A DNA stretch of 64,000 nt from a virus. A program made the position numbers and the translations under genes. Location: the IMG/VR virus record IMGVR_UViG_3300002144_000620, positions 64,001-128,000 of that record; one strand, given 5' to 3'. The notes beneath the pieces are model-generated. The model made no database searches, was not told the DNA's origin, and saw nothing but the letters and a program-made list of their open reading frames with translations. This document shows, piece after piece, positions 38,796-51,400 of this stretch; position 1 is the stretch's first letter, and every line of letters starts with the position of its first letter.

Positions 38796-40607
38796 ATGGC
38801 AAGACAAATAAATTATAGCAAAAGAGATTTCGCTTCATTAAAAACGGAGCAAATAAATTATATCAAACAGTATTACCCAGAGGTTGTACAAAATTTTAAT
38901 GACGCATCTATATTATCCGTATTTTTGGACTTAAATGCGGCAATCGCAGATAACTTAAACTTTCAAATAGATCGTGCATTACAAGAAACCGTTCTAGATT
39001 ATGCACAAGAAAGGCAATCACTATATAATATAGCTAAAACATACGGTTTAAAATTACCAACAAAATCTTCAGCTGTAGGTGTTGTTGAGTTTACCGCTCA
39101 AGTACCAGCATATGGTGACCAAGAAGATACTAGATATTTACCGATAATTAAATCAGGTACACAAGTAACTAATGGTAATAATACATATGAAGTTCTATAT
39201 GATATCGATTTTAACTCAGCCACTAATAGTTCGGGTAACTCAGATAGAACAAAAGTACCTATATTCATTAATGGTAAGTTAAATGGTTATACAATCAGAA
39301 AAACTGGTATCATAGTAGCGGGTACGACTAAAACTTTTACACAAGCAATTGCCAGTAGTAAAGCTTTCCAACAAATAGTATTACCTGAAAATAATGTATT
39401 ATCAATCGAATCGATTATACATAAAACTGGTACAAACTACACAACAATACCAACACTAAATGAATTTAAAACTAGTTTGAATAAATGGTATGAAGTACCA
39501 TCACTAGCGGAAGACAATATATTTATAGAAGATCCTAATTCACCTAGAGTCGATGGTATAGCTAAAGGTGTCTATGAAAAAATAGATCAAAGATATATTG
39601 TTGAGTACACACCCAATGGTTTTTGTCAACTAACATTCGGTGCTCAGACAGATTTATCTAGAGATATATTAGATGATTTCATGGACGCAGGTAGTTTCGA
39701 TCTTAAAAGTTTTTTAAGAAACGGTAGTCTTGGATCAGCACCAATAGCTAATACAACCATGTATATAAGATATAGAATTGGTGGTGGTGTTGATTCAAAT
39801 GCGGGGGTTGGTACAATCACTGAGGTTGCACGACTAATAACCGATATATCAGGACCAGACCCAACAGTTGCATCTAATGTAAGAGCAACAATATCAGTTA
39901 TAAATACAACACCAGCACTTGGTGGTTCAGATGAACCTAGTATAGAAGAATTAAGACAATATATTGCATATAACTTTTCAGCTCAAAGTAGAGCAGTTAC
40001 ACTTAACGATTACAAAGCTCTTATTATGTCTATGCCAAGTACCTTTGGTACCCCAGCTAAAACCAGTATAACACAAAAATCAAATAAAATAGAGATAGGT
40101 GTATTAAGTTACGATAATAATGGTGAGTTATCGAATACGGTTACATCTTTATTGATGGAAAATGTAGCAAATTACCTTTCTAAATATAGGATGATAAACG
40201 ACTATGTAATTGTTAAACCAGCCGAAATAATTAATTTAGGTTTTGAAGTTGGTGTTATATCCGAAGATGGTCAACAAACACAGGTATCGGCTAGAATATC
40301 AGATGTAATTAAAAATGAATTTACAAACGATAAAGCTAATTTAGGTAAAAACTATAGTGTGGGTACCATGATTGCTAAGATAACACAAGTTGATGGAGTA
40401 ATAAACGTAAACTATGTAAAAGCTTTCAATAAAACAGGTATTGGTTACTCTAGTAACACAACTAATCAATCTGTTTATGATACGGCTACTGGTGAGATCG
40501 ATATTTCAGGTAACTATATTTTAGTTGAGGATTATCAGATTTTAAGTATTAAAAACCCTGATGTTGATATCAAGGTTATACCAGTTACAACCAGTATAAC
40601 TAACTAA
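38796..40607 (+). CDS. Baseplate wedge protein (T4 gp6 / baseplate J-like)
   Basis: RDFASLK, QETVLDYAQERQSLYNIA, YRIGGG..SN, GGSDEPSIEELR, QSRAVTLNDY. Confidence 0.9.
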   Translation: MARQINYSKRDFASLKTEQINYIKQYYPEVVQNFNDASILSVFLDLNAAIADNLNFQIDRALQETVLDYAQERQSLYNIAKTYGLKLPTKSSAVGVVEFTAQVPAYGDQEDTRYLPIIKSGTQVTNGNNTYEVLYDIDFNSATNSSGNSDRTKVPIFINGKLNGYTIRKTGIIVAGTTKTFTQAIASSKAFQQIVLPENNVLSIESIIHKTGTNYTTIPTLNEFKTSLNKWYEVPSLAEDNIFIEDPNSPRVDGIAKGVYEKIDQRYIVEYTPNGFCQLTFGAQTDLSRDILDDFMDAGSFDLKSFLRNGSLGSAPIANTTMYIRYRIGGGVDSNAGVGTITEVARLITDISGPDPTVASNVRATISVINTTPALGGSDEPSIEELRQYIAYNFSAQSRAVTLNDYKALIMSMPSTFGTPAKTSITQKSNKIEIGVLSYDNNGELSNTVTSLLMENVANYLSKYRMINDYVIVKPAEIINLGFEVGVISEDGQQTQVSARISDVIKNEFTNDKANLGKNYSVGTMIAKITQVDGVINVNYVKAFNKTGIGYSSNTTNQSVYDTATGEIDISGNYILVEDYQILSIKNPDVDIKVIPVTTSITN

Positions 40608-40609
40608 TA

Positions 40610-42829
40610 ATGGAGAAAAATATTAAAATAGTTTTACAAGATAGTCAAGTAAATGACAGGATACTAATAAATTTAGAGGATGATTTTGATAATTTAGAAA
40701 TATTAAGTCTTAAAATTAGTAGTACCGACATTTACAATAAAAACTCATCAGACTTTGGTACGATTGTCGGTAGGGTACAAACTTCTAATGGGTATGGTTT
40801 ACAAAACGCTAAAGTATCTATATTTGTACCAATAACTGTTGAAGATAAAGAAAGACCTGAAATAGCCGAACTATATCCATTTGAAACTATTAATGATCAA
40901 TTCCCTAATGGTGTTAGATACAATTTATTACCTAGGGTTAGAAATCAAAACCCAAGCCACAGAGCAGTAGGTAACTTACCACTAATTAACGATTTAACCC
41001 ATTATCCACAATATTTGGAAATAATGGAAAAGTACTATAAATACACTGTTATAACTAACGATTCTGGTGATTACATGATATTTGGTGTACCAGTAGGTTC
41101 ACACAACATCATTATGGATTTCGATCTATTTGATACAAAAAGTATAGAAGTTACAGCCAATGATATGGTTGAAAATTCTTCCGAATATAAAAATATTAAA
41201 AGTGTTGCTGATGCGACAAATACAGCCGATAATAACGATCCTAATAAAGTACCCAATTTCATTTACCGTGGACTTGATACATTTGATGTTAAGGTTAAGA
41301 CAAACCTTAACGAAATGCCGAATATATTTAATGAAATTAAACAGGTAAACGTATCACCATTTTGGGGTGATGACGAAGAACATGATGTTGGTATAACTAG
41401 ATGCGATTTTAAGATAAAGTACAACTACACACCAACAGCTATATTTTTTGGGTGGTTAGGTTCACCATCGTCAGCATTTGGTGTTAAACATGACTATACG
41501 TGGAGGACAATAAATCAATTAGAGTTGGAATTACCAGGGTTTGATAAATCTTTAGGTAAAAATACTGGTCAAGTTTGGCCACTACAAGAACCTATTGTCG
41601 TGATATACAGGTTAGATGATAAACTAACACCTGGTAGCAGAGTTAGAGTAGGTGCTTTTAAAGGTGAAAAAGGTACGGGTATCTTCAGAATATCACTACC
41701 AATGTACATGGATTATTTTAAAATAAATCAATTTGGTGACTTAGTACCAACTGAAGATACTGAAAATAGTATACCGACAAAAGCATATTACGCTTTTGAG
41801 ATGTACGAGTCTTCAGAAGCGTGGCAAACCAGAGTACCTTGGGGTTCATGGCACAGTTACTCAACACCTGGAATCAGAGTACCATCATCGGTAAATGGTG
41901 AGGTATTAACAGGTGGGTGGGAGGGTACAAACACTGGGTTATTCGAATATGATATCATAAATAGAAAAAGAAAATTTTATACAATTAAAACAAAATACAA
42001 TCCCCATAATAGTGATTCTATGGCTACACCAGGAACCACACTAAATTATTTTCCACAAGAAAACATTAATAAAGATATTGCTTGGAATTTTCCGATTAAC
42101 AGAAATGACGTTAATAAAATAACAACAAATATTGAAGTTATAGGCTCTGTACTTATACCCAGATATGAATTTGATTTAGCGTCTCCACTTAATTACAACC
42201 GTTTATCGGATGCAGACTACAATCCAAATGTAAGATACCCAAATAACATAATTAACTTAATCAACATACCTAAAAACATATCTTATGGTGATACAGTTAA
42301 AGACTACGAATACCATAAAGGTATTGGTGTTGGTTTAGATGGGAAAAATAGTGGCGATGCTTTTGCTGAATTATTCGCACCAGACCAATTTTTCACATTT
42401 GATGGAGATAGTCACTACGGTGAAAACAATACTTATAATTACGGTGACAATGGTCCGATAAACCCATCACTATTTGCATTAGATTTAGCAAAAAAACAAG
42501 ACTCAACTGACTATAACGGTATACACAAAAGGTTCACACAAGCTTACAATAATAAATACTCATTAGGACCATTCCTATCCTCACACAATTATCAGAACAA
42601 ATTTCCTGTTATGGAAATTAGTATAGAGGATGTAACTGATGATTTAAGTGGTTTAATAGGTAATAAAATATATACATCTTACGGTATATATACTGGCAGT
42701 GTAGCGCCAACAGAATTTGATCCAGAAATATCAAATAGATATAGAAGTAAATTCTATTATTTTGGTTTATGGGAAAATATGAACGCTTTAAAATCAATAG
42801 AAAAAAATTATTTTACAGGGCATGAGTAA
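40610..42829 (+). CDS. Putative baseplate/virion protein with a carboxypeptidase-regulatory-like (transthyretin-type) beta domain
   Basis: GTIVGRVQTSNGYGLQNAKVSI...TNDSGDYMIFGVPVG. Confidence 0.5.
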   Translation: MEKNIKIVLQDSQVNDRILINLEDDFDNLEILSLKISSTDIYNKNSSDFGTIVGRVQTSNGYGLQNAKVSIFVPITVEDKERPEIAELYPFETINDQFPNGVRYNLLPRVRNQNPSHRAVGNLPLINDLTHYPQYLEIMEKYYKYTVITNDSGDYMIFGVPVGSHNIIMDFDLFDTKSIEVTANDMVENSSEYKNIKSVADATNTADNNDPNKVPNFIYRGLDTFDVKVKTNLNEMPNIFNEIKQVNVSPFWGDDEEHDVGITRCDFKIKYNYTPTAIFFGWLGSPSSAFGVKHDYTWRTINQLELELPGFDKSLGKNTGQVWPLQEPIVVIYRLDDKLTPGSRVRVGAFKGEKGTGIFRISLPMYMDYFKINQFGDLVPTEDTENSIPTKAYYAFEMYESSEAWQTRVPWGSWHSYSTPGIRVPSSVNGEVLTGGWEGTNTGLFEYDIINRKRKFYTIKTKYNPHNSDSMATPGTTLNYFPQENINKDIAWNFPINRNDVNKITTNIEVIGSVLIPRYEFDLASPLNYNRLSDADYNPNVRYPNNIINLINIPKNISYGDTVKDYEYHKGIGVGLDGKNSGDAFAELFAPDQFFTFDGDSHYGENNTYNYGDNGPINPSLFALDLAKKQDSTDYNGIHKRFTQAYNNKYSLGPFLSSHNYQNKFPVMEISIEDVTDDLSGLIGNKIYTSYGIYTGSVAPTEFDPEISNRYRSKFYYFGLWENMNALKSIEKNYFTGHE

Positions 42830-44519
42830 TATTACAGAAATTTTAGGGTCTAAGAAATTTGCTGGTGGTGAAAATAAAACACTGAAAACCAGAGTAATTC
42901 TAGAACAACCTAGTAAAGTTAACAATGAGTATAATTTATTTACTAACGTATCTGAAGATGATCAATTCACTAAAGAAAAACAAGAAAATAACTTATATAA
43001 AATATACGGTACGATAGTACCATCAGTTATGAAAGAAGCTTATTTTTTTAGAAATAAGTTAAATATAGACACTAACGTACCAGAATTTAATAAAGATAAC
43101 TGGTCGTTAGTAATGTGTAAACCCGTTAAATATCTAGGTACTGACAAAGGTAGAAAGCTTTTTGATATAACATATTTAGATTACGTAAGTAAAAGCGACA
43201 AAGTGTTTAGTCTTGACCTAAATGAAGGGTTACCAGCATCACTATCAACATTATCACCATTTCAATTACGTAACGTAATTAAATCAGATGTAAATATAGA
43301 TCTATATATGAATTTAGGTCATAATTTAAATATAGGTGACCAGATATACATAAAATCAAACGAAAAAAGAGTACCAACTGGGCTGTGTTTTATCATAAAT
43401 GTAAAAGGTAATATAGTTACAACTGATTTAAAAATAAAATCAACTGAATTAATAGCACCCGAACAACAAGTATCTTTGACAAGAAATACGCTTTCAGGTA
43501 CGAAAAGTTTTGCGGAATCACCCAGTAGCACCAACTCTAAAAACGCAAACACTGGTGCTGTTAGAGGTATACAAACAACTAACGACAATAGTGCAATCAT
43601 CGCAGCTTTAAAAGCCGAAAGACCAACACCATACGGGATATTAAACCCTAAACTTAGTGTATCTAAAGTAATAAATAATGAAGTTTTAGAATATTATGTA
43701 AAACAAGTTGAGGTTATCGAGGTATTAGAAACTTTTGATAATTGCGGGTTTTCTAAAAATTTATTTGATAATCAGTTGGTTAACTTTTACTTCAATAAAA
43801 ACTTTGATATAAATGGTTTATTAGATCACAAAGACGAACCTTTAACAGAGTGTCATATCGGTATAATAAAAAACGGGTCAACTGATTCAAAAATATTTAG
43901 TGATGTTGAATCTAATTTTAAATCTTTGATTGATTACACGAATGAAGGTGAGGGTATTAAAACAATATCTAAAAAATCAAACTCATTAGTTAGTAGTAAA
44001 CCAACTATTGGTGAAAATTATGATATTGGTATCTACGAATATTCTAGTGAAAATCTAACAGAAGAGTTAATAGAACCAGTACAACATAATTTTATTTTAG
44101 ACTTCGTATTATTTAAATACACCCCATTCACAACATTAACACTAAAAAACAGATCTAGTTATATCGAAGATTCTGTATCAAACCAATTTATACCACCATA
44201 TGCTAAATACAGTAGAAAATCAGAAAAATACATATGGCGAGACTTATTAGATATAGGTATATCTGATGAAAACGGTGAGATATTAGACTTCCCATTTTTA
44301 AATGGTTGTAGGTATTTTTATAGTAGGTTACCGTTTAACGTTTTAATTGAAAAAAATAAAACAAAAAAATATAAACTGAATAGTAATGATATATCTAACA
44401 TAGATTTAGTCAATAATGTCGATGATTACATAAGTAGTATCACTAAAGATTTATTTGGTAATGATAATAATGGTAATCAAGACGAACCGTTTAAAAAATA
44501 CACTAACGAAGAATGTTAA
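42822..44519 (+). CDS. Hypothetical virion protein
   Basis: 565-aa ORF overlapping both neighbours in the baseplate operon. Confidence 0.6.
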   Translation: MSNITEILGSKKFAGGENKTLKTRVILEQPSKVNNEYNLFTNVSEDDQFTKEKQENNLYKIYGTIVPSVMKEAYFFRNKLNIDTNVPEFNKDNWSLVMCKPVKYLGTDKGRKLFDITYLDYVSKSDKVFSLDLNEGLPASLSTLSPFQLRNVIKSDVNIDLYMNLGHNLNIGDQIYIKSNEKRVPTGLCFIINVKGNIVTTDLKIKSTELIAPEQQVSLTRNTLSGTKSFAESPSSTNSKNANTGAVRGIQTTNDNSAIIAALKAERPTPYGILNPKLSVSKVINNEVLEYYVKQVEVIEVLETFDNCGFSKNLFDNQLVNFYFNKNFDINGLLDHKDEPLTECHIGIIKNGSTDSKIFSDVESNFKSLIDYTNEGEGIKTISKKSNSLVSSKPTIGENYDIGIYEYSSENLTEELIEPVQHNFILDFVLFKYTPFTTLTLKNRSSYIEDSVSNQFIPPYAKYSRKSEKYIWRDLLDIGISDENGEILDFPFLNGCRYFYSRLPFNVLIEKNKTKKYKLNSNDISNIDLVNNVDDYISSITKDLFGNDNNGNQDEPFKKYTNEEC

Positions 44520-46675
44520 AAAATAGATTAATAGAGAACACGACTTTATCAACAAGTATATTCCTAAATAATGAGGACCATACATCAGATAGGGATTTTG
44601 TTTTTCAAGACAGGTTAAACTTTGAAACTTTAGCTAACATAAATGGAATAGTTGACCTTGAAAGTGTTGAGTACAAACCAACAACCGAAAAAATTGAAGT
44701 AGATTTATTTTTCTTAAGATACTTAGATAAACCAGATATCCCTGAAATATCTAAGTATATTGAACCCGAATTTTTAACATACAGCATACCATACTTTAAC
44801 CCCATTGCTGGTATAAAAGCAGGGTTTAGTTTAAGAGAACAACCAACCAGCGAATTACTAGAAATAAATGATTCTAATGGTTTAATATCACCCATAACAA
44901 ACAATGAAGCTAACTTATCAGTATTTGATATAAATACGTTAAAACCACAGAAATTAATCGATCCAATAGCCGAACTTATAAAAAAATATCCAGCTAAATC
45001 AGGGTACCCTCATTTTTATAATACGTTTACTTTTCCCTTATGGGATAACAAAGACGCTTGGGTGGACACTAAATTTGGTTTTAATAATAAAATATTTACA
45101 TACAACTCATTCGTATTAATAGAGCTTTATGATAATTTTAATGTTGAAACACAAAAAAAGATAACAACAATACCCATCTATATTTCGGATAGATATATGT
45201 TTAATGAGAAAACCACATTAAACGATACGAATAAACAAAAAAGACCTGTGTTTAATTTAACAGAAGGTGTTGATGGGTTTTCCTTATTCTTTTTAGATAA
45301 TTACAACACAAACGAATTTTACGCTAAATTCTATTTTTGGGACGCTTTAAACGGTACTAAAATACAGTTTATTCCATCAGCAAAAACTAATCTAGACAAA
45401 AAATGGTTACAAACAACAAATGATTTTGACCAAAAGATTCTATATGTAAAGTACGAACTAAACTACACAGATAAAACGTATAAAATATATGACCTAAATA
45501 AAAAATCTGGTAGATTTGATTTAGAGGCAACGGAACATTTAGATTTATATGAATTTGGTTATGACGATTATTGGACCCAATATCCTATAATTAATAAACA
45601 ACCAACAGATGTTATGGTACCAGTACCACCAAGACAATACGGTGAATTAATGTTATCATCAACGTATATTAATAGGGAAGTAATCTATGATGATACCAAC
45701 ATGGTATCTAAAGATTTATTAACTGGTATACGAAATCTAGAGGGTTACGAGAACGTTGAAATAACATTTTCATATAGTTATGACAATTATTATGAGGAGG
45801 TATTCGTTGATTCTACTTATTATTTCAATGTTTATGGTTCAAGTTTAGGTTATTTAACCCGATTAGGTAATAACACACTAACAAATAAGGTATTAGGTTT
45901 ATTAAAAACAACTAATAATATTTGTGTAAATACTGAGATTAATTCACATGAAATAAGTGCTGGTTCGGTACTGATTGATAATATAAGTAGTACAAATACA
46001 TATGTTATTGAAGACATATACCTAACAAATTTATTGGTAAATTCAGATCAATCTGATACTAATTTAACAACAAAAGGTTCACTAACACATAAGATTAAAA
46101 AAAATGTTAACTCTGATCCATCAATGTTTCATGAAGTAACTATAGTACCAAAAAGTATCGCCAATAAAGTTAATGATAAAGATATATTGAACCAGAATCT
46201 AACAGAAGCTTGGAATACCTACAAAACTAATAATGAAGAACAAACTGTTACATCGTCATATAGTTCTAATGGATACCCACCCCCCACTCAGGGTAACCCA
46301 GTATTAGATGCTACTGTTGTCGCCACACAAACACAATTAGCACTTAAATTAATTAAAAATGAAAACATAAATATGTATTTTAATTTCGATGTTAATGAAG
46401 AAAATATAGTTAGTTTACTTAAAACGGATCCAAAATTAGTTAAAGAAAGGGGTATAACTATAGTAATAGAATCTTTAGATAGTGTTATAAACTCTGATGA
46501 AGAGATAATATTAACGGTTAAACTATTTTTAGGTAGTGATTTCCTATATAATTTCGGTCTAATTAAAAATTTAAAAATAACTGGTGATTTAAATTTAACT
46601 ACTTATAAACTTTCAGAAGGACAGGATTCACAAAAAAGTACAATAAAAATACCATTAAATATAACACTAAAATAA
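44513..46675 (+). CDS. Hypothetical virion protein
   Basis: 720-aa ORF, translationally coupled to its neighbours. Confidence 0.6.
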   Translation: MLKNRLIENTTLSTSIFLNNEDHTSDRDFVFQDRLNFETLANINGIVDLESVEYKPTTEKIEVDLFFLRYLDKPDIPEISKYIEPEFLTYSIPYFNPIAGIKAGFSLREQPTSELLEINDSNGLISPITNNEANLSVFDINTLKPQKLIDPIAELIKKYPAKSGYPHFYNTFTFPLWDNKDAWVDTKFGFNNKIFTYNSFVLIELYDNFNVETQKKITTIPIYISDRYMFNEKTTLNDTNKQKRPVFNLTEGVDGFSLFFLDNYNTNEFYAKFYFWDALNGTKIQFIPSAKTNLDKKWLQTTNDFDQKILYVKYELNYTDKTYKIYDLNKKSGRFDLEATEHLDLYEFGYDDYWTQYPIINKQPTDVMVPVPPRQYGELMLSSTYINREVIYDDTNMVSKDLLTGIRNLEGYENVEITFSYSYDNYYEEVFVDSTYYFNVYGSSLGYLTRLGNNTLTNKVLGLLKTTNNICVNTEINSHEISAGSVLIDNISSTNTYVIEDIYLTNLLVNSDQSDTNLTTKGSLTHKIKKNVNSDPSMFHEVTIVPKSIANKVNDKDILNQNLTEAWNTYKTNNEEQTVTSSYSSNGYPPPTQGNPVLDATVVATQTQLALKLIKNENINMYFNFDVNEENIVSLLKTDPKLVKERGITIVIESLDSVINSDEEIILTVKLFLGSDFLYNFGLIKNLKITGDLNLTTYKLSEGQDSQKSTIKIPLNITLK

Positions 46676-47559
46676 TGTACACTATTAACATAGATAATAA
46701 CATTGAAAAATATAGGGTTACGCTAAATCTAGAATCTCACATAGACGCTAACGGTACGGTAATACTACCATACTATAATGACCCTATGATACAACAAATT
46801 GAATCTACCATTGAAGAGGTATACCCATATAATGAAATGTTTAAACCAGCCGAAAAGTACATTACAAATGATGTAATTATATCAACTGAAGATGAAGTTA
46901 TTAAACACTTTAAGGAATCATCTGAAAAATATTTTATAGTTGGTTCAACAGATAGTAAATTTTCTTTATTAGACCTATCATTTACCATGGAAAGAGCTAT
47001 GAATTTGGATATAGAGAATAGAGGGCAATTAAGTAAAACCTTAGTTAGAAACCCAAGAATAGATGAATTAGTTGATATTATTTCGAGAACAAATGGTGTT
47101 GAAAATGATAGTGCTAGACTTGAATTACAAGATATTGAAGAAACAATATCTGTTAACCCAGTAACACCAACCGCAGAAATTAGATATGGTAAAAGAATTG
47201 AAGTTAGTGGTACTAACGTAATTGGTATGATATTACTAGACACCGATATAAGAAAGGAGTATGTACTTTATTTAGATACACAAAATCCTATATTTTATGT
47301 TGATAATCCTGATAATAACACTAGATTTAAATATATGCGAAATAATATAGATGAAAAGGTTACACCTACATTAAATTATTATTCTGATACAATAGATGAA
47401 CCAAAAGTTTTATCCGAAGTATTTATTGATAGAGGTGTTAATAACGCTTTTGAACCAATTAAAAAACTTAAAAATGTTAAAGACCTTAACGAGTTAACAA
47501 AAACTGGTTTTGGTTATTATAAAATAAATACGAGAGGATATAATTTTAAAGATAAATAA
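46675..47559 (+). CDS. Hypothetical virion protein
   Basis: 294-aa ORF with TAATG overlap. Confidence 0.6.
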   Translation: MYTINIDNNIEKYRVTLNLESHIDANGTVILPYYNDPMIQQIESTIEEVYPYNEMFKPAEKYITNDVIISTEDEVIKHFKESSEKYFIVGSTDSKFSLLDLSFTMERAMNLDIENRGQLSKTLVRNPRIDELVDIISRTNGVENDSARLELQDIEETISVNPVTPTAEIRYGKRIEVSGTNVIGMILLDTDIRKEYVLYLDTQNPIFYVDNPDNNTRFKYMRNNIDEKVTPTLNYYSDTIDEPKVLSEVFIDRGVNNAFEPIKKLKNVKDLNELTKTGFGYYKINTRGYNFKDK

Positions 47560-47565
47560 ATAAAT

Positions 47566-48462
47566 ATGGCAATAGGTGTATACGGTGTTAAAAGACCAGC
47601 AGATGTCGACCCTTCAGATATAGAGGTAATTGTTTTATATAGTAAAAACAGGAACGCTACTGAAGCACAAAGAGTTACAAAATTAAGTGGTACTGATGTT
47701 ATTCAACCAGTATTAGACCCAACAAATACATTAGAGGTACTTGGTGGTATGTATAACATGGAATTACCTAGATCAGTATTTAGCTCTAAAGGGTTTTATA
47801 CGGTTTACATAAGACCAGCCCAAATTAGGTTAAATATTGAAGATTGTGGTGAATTAGCTACATTCACCGACATTAAAGGGTTAGTTTTTAATACAGCAAA
47901 TGTACCAGACGCTTTTAGAAGTAAATTTACTAATAACGGTTTGGATGGTTATAGAATTGAATATCTTAATGAAAATGGTAGTAAGATACCAAATCTTTAT
48001 AGAATTACAACATCTTCTTTTATAGTCGAACCAGTACAGGTCGATACACCAAATAGTTCAGTAAAAACAATTAAATATACGTATAATAATATTGGTACGT
48101 TATTGTTCTGTACTGTAACACCAAATGCAGCACCTAGTTTTAAACCAACAGCAACACCATTTATTGGTTTTAAAGGACAAAGCGTAATTATAACAAATAC
48201 TAATTTTACGCCACAAATACTTGAGGTTGAATTAGTTAATTATGACGTTGAAAGTTTAGCCATAGCACTATATTCCGACCAAACAAAATCAATGGAAGAT
48301 GGTATATATACGCTTTATGATTTTGATGGCAACATCTACGCACAGCACGATCTTTACGAGATAAAAGATGCTGTTGATAATAAATTATATGAAGTAAGGA
48401 CTAGAAGAACAACAATCGATACAACTAAAACATTAAATAATATAATAGGAAACAATGGCTAA
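47566..48462 (+). CDS. Hypothetical beta-rich virion protein
   Basis: 298-aa ORF in the same operon. Confidence 0.6.
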   Translation: MAIGVYGVKRPADVDPSDIEVIVLYSKNRNATEAQRVTKLSGTDVIQPVLDPTNTLEVLGGMYNMELPRSVFSSKGFYTVYIRPAQIRLNIEDCGELATFTDIKGLVFNTANVPDAFRSKFTNNGLDGYRIEYLNENGSKIPNLYRITTSSFIVEPVQVDTPNSSVKTIKYTYNNIGTLLFCTVTPNAAPSFKPTATPFIGFKGQSVIITNTNFTPQILEVELVNYDVESLAIALYSDQTKSMEDGIYTLYDFDGNIYAQHDLYEIKDAVDNKLYEVRTRRTTIDTTKTLNNIIGNNG

Positions 48463-51400
48463 CCTTAGTTACACAAACACACCTTTAATAGCTCATCTGT
48501 ACGACACCAGTGACGCAGCGTTAGAATCAGCCATCCAATTAGGTTGTTCTGGTTACAGAACATACAATATTAATGGAGAGAGTAAATACGTACCTTGTTC
48601 ATCATTTTTGGCTTATGAAAATGCATTAAAGTTATATAAAATTCAAGGTGTTAATAACGCAGTTTCTGGCTTAGGTAGTTTGGGGGATAAAGCCGTTGGT
48701 CTACAATTTGCTAATTCTAAAGACGAGATATCTGGAGATCCTTATTTTACATTAGGTAACTTTTCTATTAACAAATCCGTAAGTGTAAAAAAAAATATAG
48801 GTAAAGAAGTAACTTATATTGGTGGTGATGTTAGCTATACAGCTGAAAGTATTAACGAAAGTAATCCTGGTAAAACAACCAATACAAGTGCTGTTGAGCA
48901 GGTAAATAAAAAAATTAATGATAATGTAACGGTAAGTGTATTATTTGATCGAAAGAAATTACAAAACTACGTCTTATACGCAGCTCTTAAAGAAACTATA
49001 AAAAATACTGTTATTGAAATAACACAAAAATTTCCAGCTGGTTTAAGACTAAATGTGGTGGGTTTACAATCACCAACAGTAGAAGAATACAATTATTCAC
49101 AAGGAACAGATACAGCTGAGTTTAAAGTAAACCTAAGTAATATATCTAACCCATTTCAAATAGAATACACGAGTACTGGTAAAACAATTAACGATCCAGT
49201 TGATATAGCACCGATAAGAAATTTCTCTAAAAACTACAGTGATTACGTAATTTACTATCAAGACATTGAATATAAAATACTTAACGCAACATTACCAAAA
49301 TCATATGAAGATTACGAAAATGGTATATATCTAACAATCGAAGGTGACCCATTTTCACTTGACGCTAATCCAAATTTAACTGTAAATAGAACATTCTGGA
49401 TCAAACCGAAATATCAAAAACATGACGAGTTTCAGAGTAACTTATCAGATATGGGTAAATTTTTATTAAATTATGATTTTGATAAAAAAAATTATGTTAG
49501 TGTAATAAGATATGTAAAGGTAACCGATAATGGTGTCGATATAAACGTAAACGAAACATTAACATTCCCGCAAATAGATAAAGTTAATATTGATCTATTT
49601 GGTGATAAATTTGATAAGTATCTAACTAAATTAAATACTATATCAGATGATTTTGATTCAACTAAAACTAATTTAATAACTAGATTCTTAACAACAGATT
49701 CATTAAAAGAATTTGATACGGATGATAGAAGAATTAATATAATGTTGGGTTTAATGGGTAAGAATTTTGACACCATCAGAAAATATATTGATGGTATAAC
49801 GTATATGACAAATTTATCATATGATAAAATTGAAAATATACCAGATTTATTAACCAAAAATTATGGTAACATGCTTGGTTTCGAGACATTTAATGTCGAA
49901 GATGAGAGTACTATAATGGAATCAATATTTAATTTAGAGGATTTAAATATTGAACCAGGAATAACACCAGTTGAAATTGATATTGAACTTTGGAGGAGGA
50001 TTTTTATAAACTCATTTTACTTATGGAAATCAAAGGGTACTAGAAAATCTATTGAATTTATTTTAAATTTAGTTGGGTTACCAGATACAATATTTGAGGT
50101 TAATGAACACGTTTATGTCGCTAGACAAAATGTTGATTTTTACCAAAAAGCTTATGAAATATACGGTGCTCAGTATAGTGACGAGACATTATTAACACTG
50201 GTACCTATAGATAAAGATGGATACCCAACAGTACCTGGTAAAGTTAAATACCAAGAAAGTGGTTTTAATATATCTATAGATAGTAAAAATTACGGTCCTT
50301 ATGATTTTGGTAAAGAGTATATAAACGCTTACCAGTACGATGGTAACACACCGATTTTTAAATTAGATAGGGTTACAGATAATGTTAAATCATGGGTATA
50401 TTCAGAAGATAGGGTATTAAGATTATCCGAGGATACAGTTGGCTATACAGAGTATTACGAAGACGACTCACGATTAGTTGTTAACTCTAAAGAGTTAGAG
50501 GTATACCTATCATCAAATAAAATATTTGATTTTACAATGTATAGGTATCTATACCGAAACAATATAACGGTAAATGAAGATTTGATGTTTAATCCCGAAA
50601 AGATCGTTAAAGCTGGTGTATTATCGTTTAACCAGTTTGTACAAAATTCTTTAGACGAGTTTATTAAACCAGATAACCGAAAAACAATAAGAACTTATCC
50701 TACATTAAGTAAAATTTATTATGATTATACTAAATTAACCGATACACGTGTTACAAATACTAAAAGTTTAGATTTCTTAAATAAATTTGATGGTTCATGG
50801 GTTAAATTAGTGCAACAATTTACACCAGCAACGTCAATACTAAATGCTGGTAAAAAAATACAGAATAGTAAATTTATCGATAATAAATTTATTTACAAAC
50901 ACGGTTTAAACGATAGTTTAGGTTGGTTAGGGACCGATGGTTCTGAGTTCCAATACAAAGCTAACTTACCAGTTAATTTAGGTACAACAAATCCTTTCCA
51001 AACAAAAGGGTTTGCTAAAGATGCGTTTGTTGGTGAAACATCGACATTTACTGTAGAAGGTAAAAAGGGTTTAAATTACGTTGGTTATGACCCAACTATA
51101 AACGAATACTTTGGGTTTTATTATGGTATACAAGATGCTTGCAACACAATTGCCAGTGTATACTTATGGGATGGTGAAGAAAATTATGGTGATGACACGA
51201 CTTATAACGGTAACATAAATATTACTGGTGATACAAATGGTGTTTTTGTAAAATACGAGAATACTCTATACAGATTAAATACCAATAGAATGTTTACTGG
51301 TATTTTACCAACAATTAACACCAAAACGATTTACAAAGACAGTTACGTTGTGTTAGATAACACAAATAGTACCGAAACAATAACACTAAGCAGTGGTTCA

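Noticed and set aside
29991-41348. Alternate-frame plus-strand ORFs 29991..30332, 30847..31041 and 41160..41348
   Set aside because: Nested in or overlapping SSB, RecA and the 40610 gene, with no motifs or initiation context
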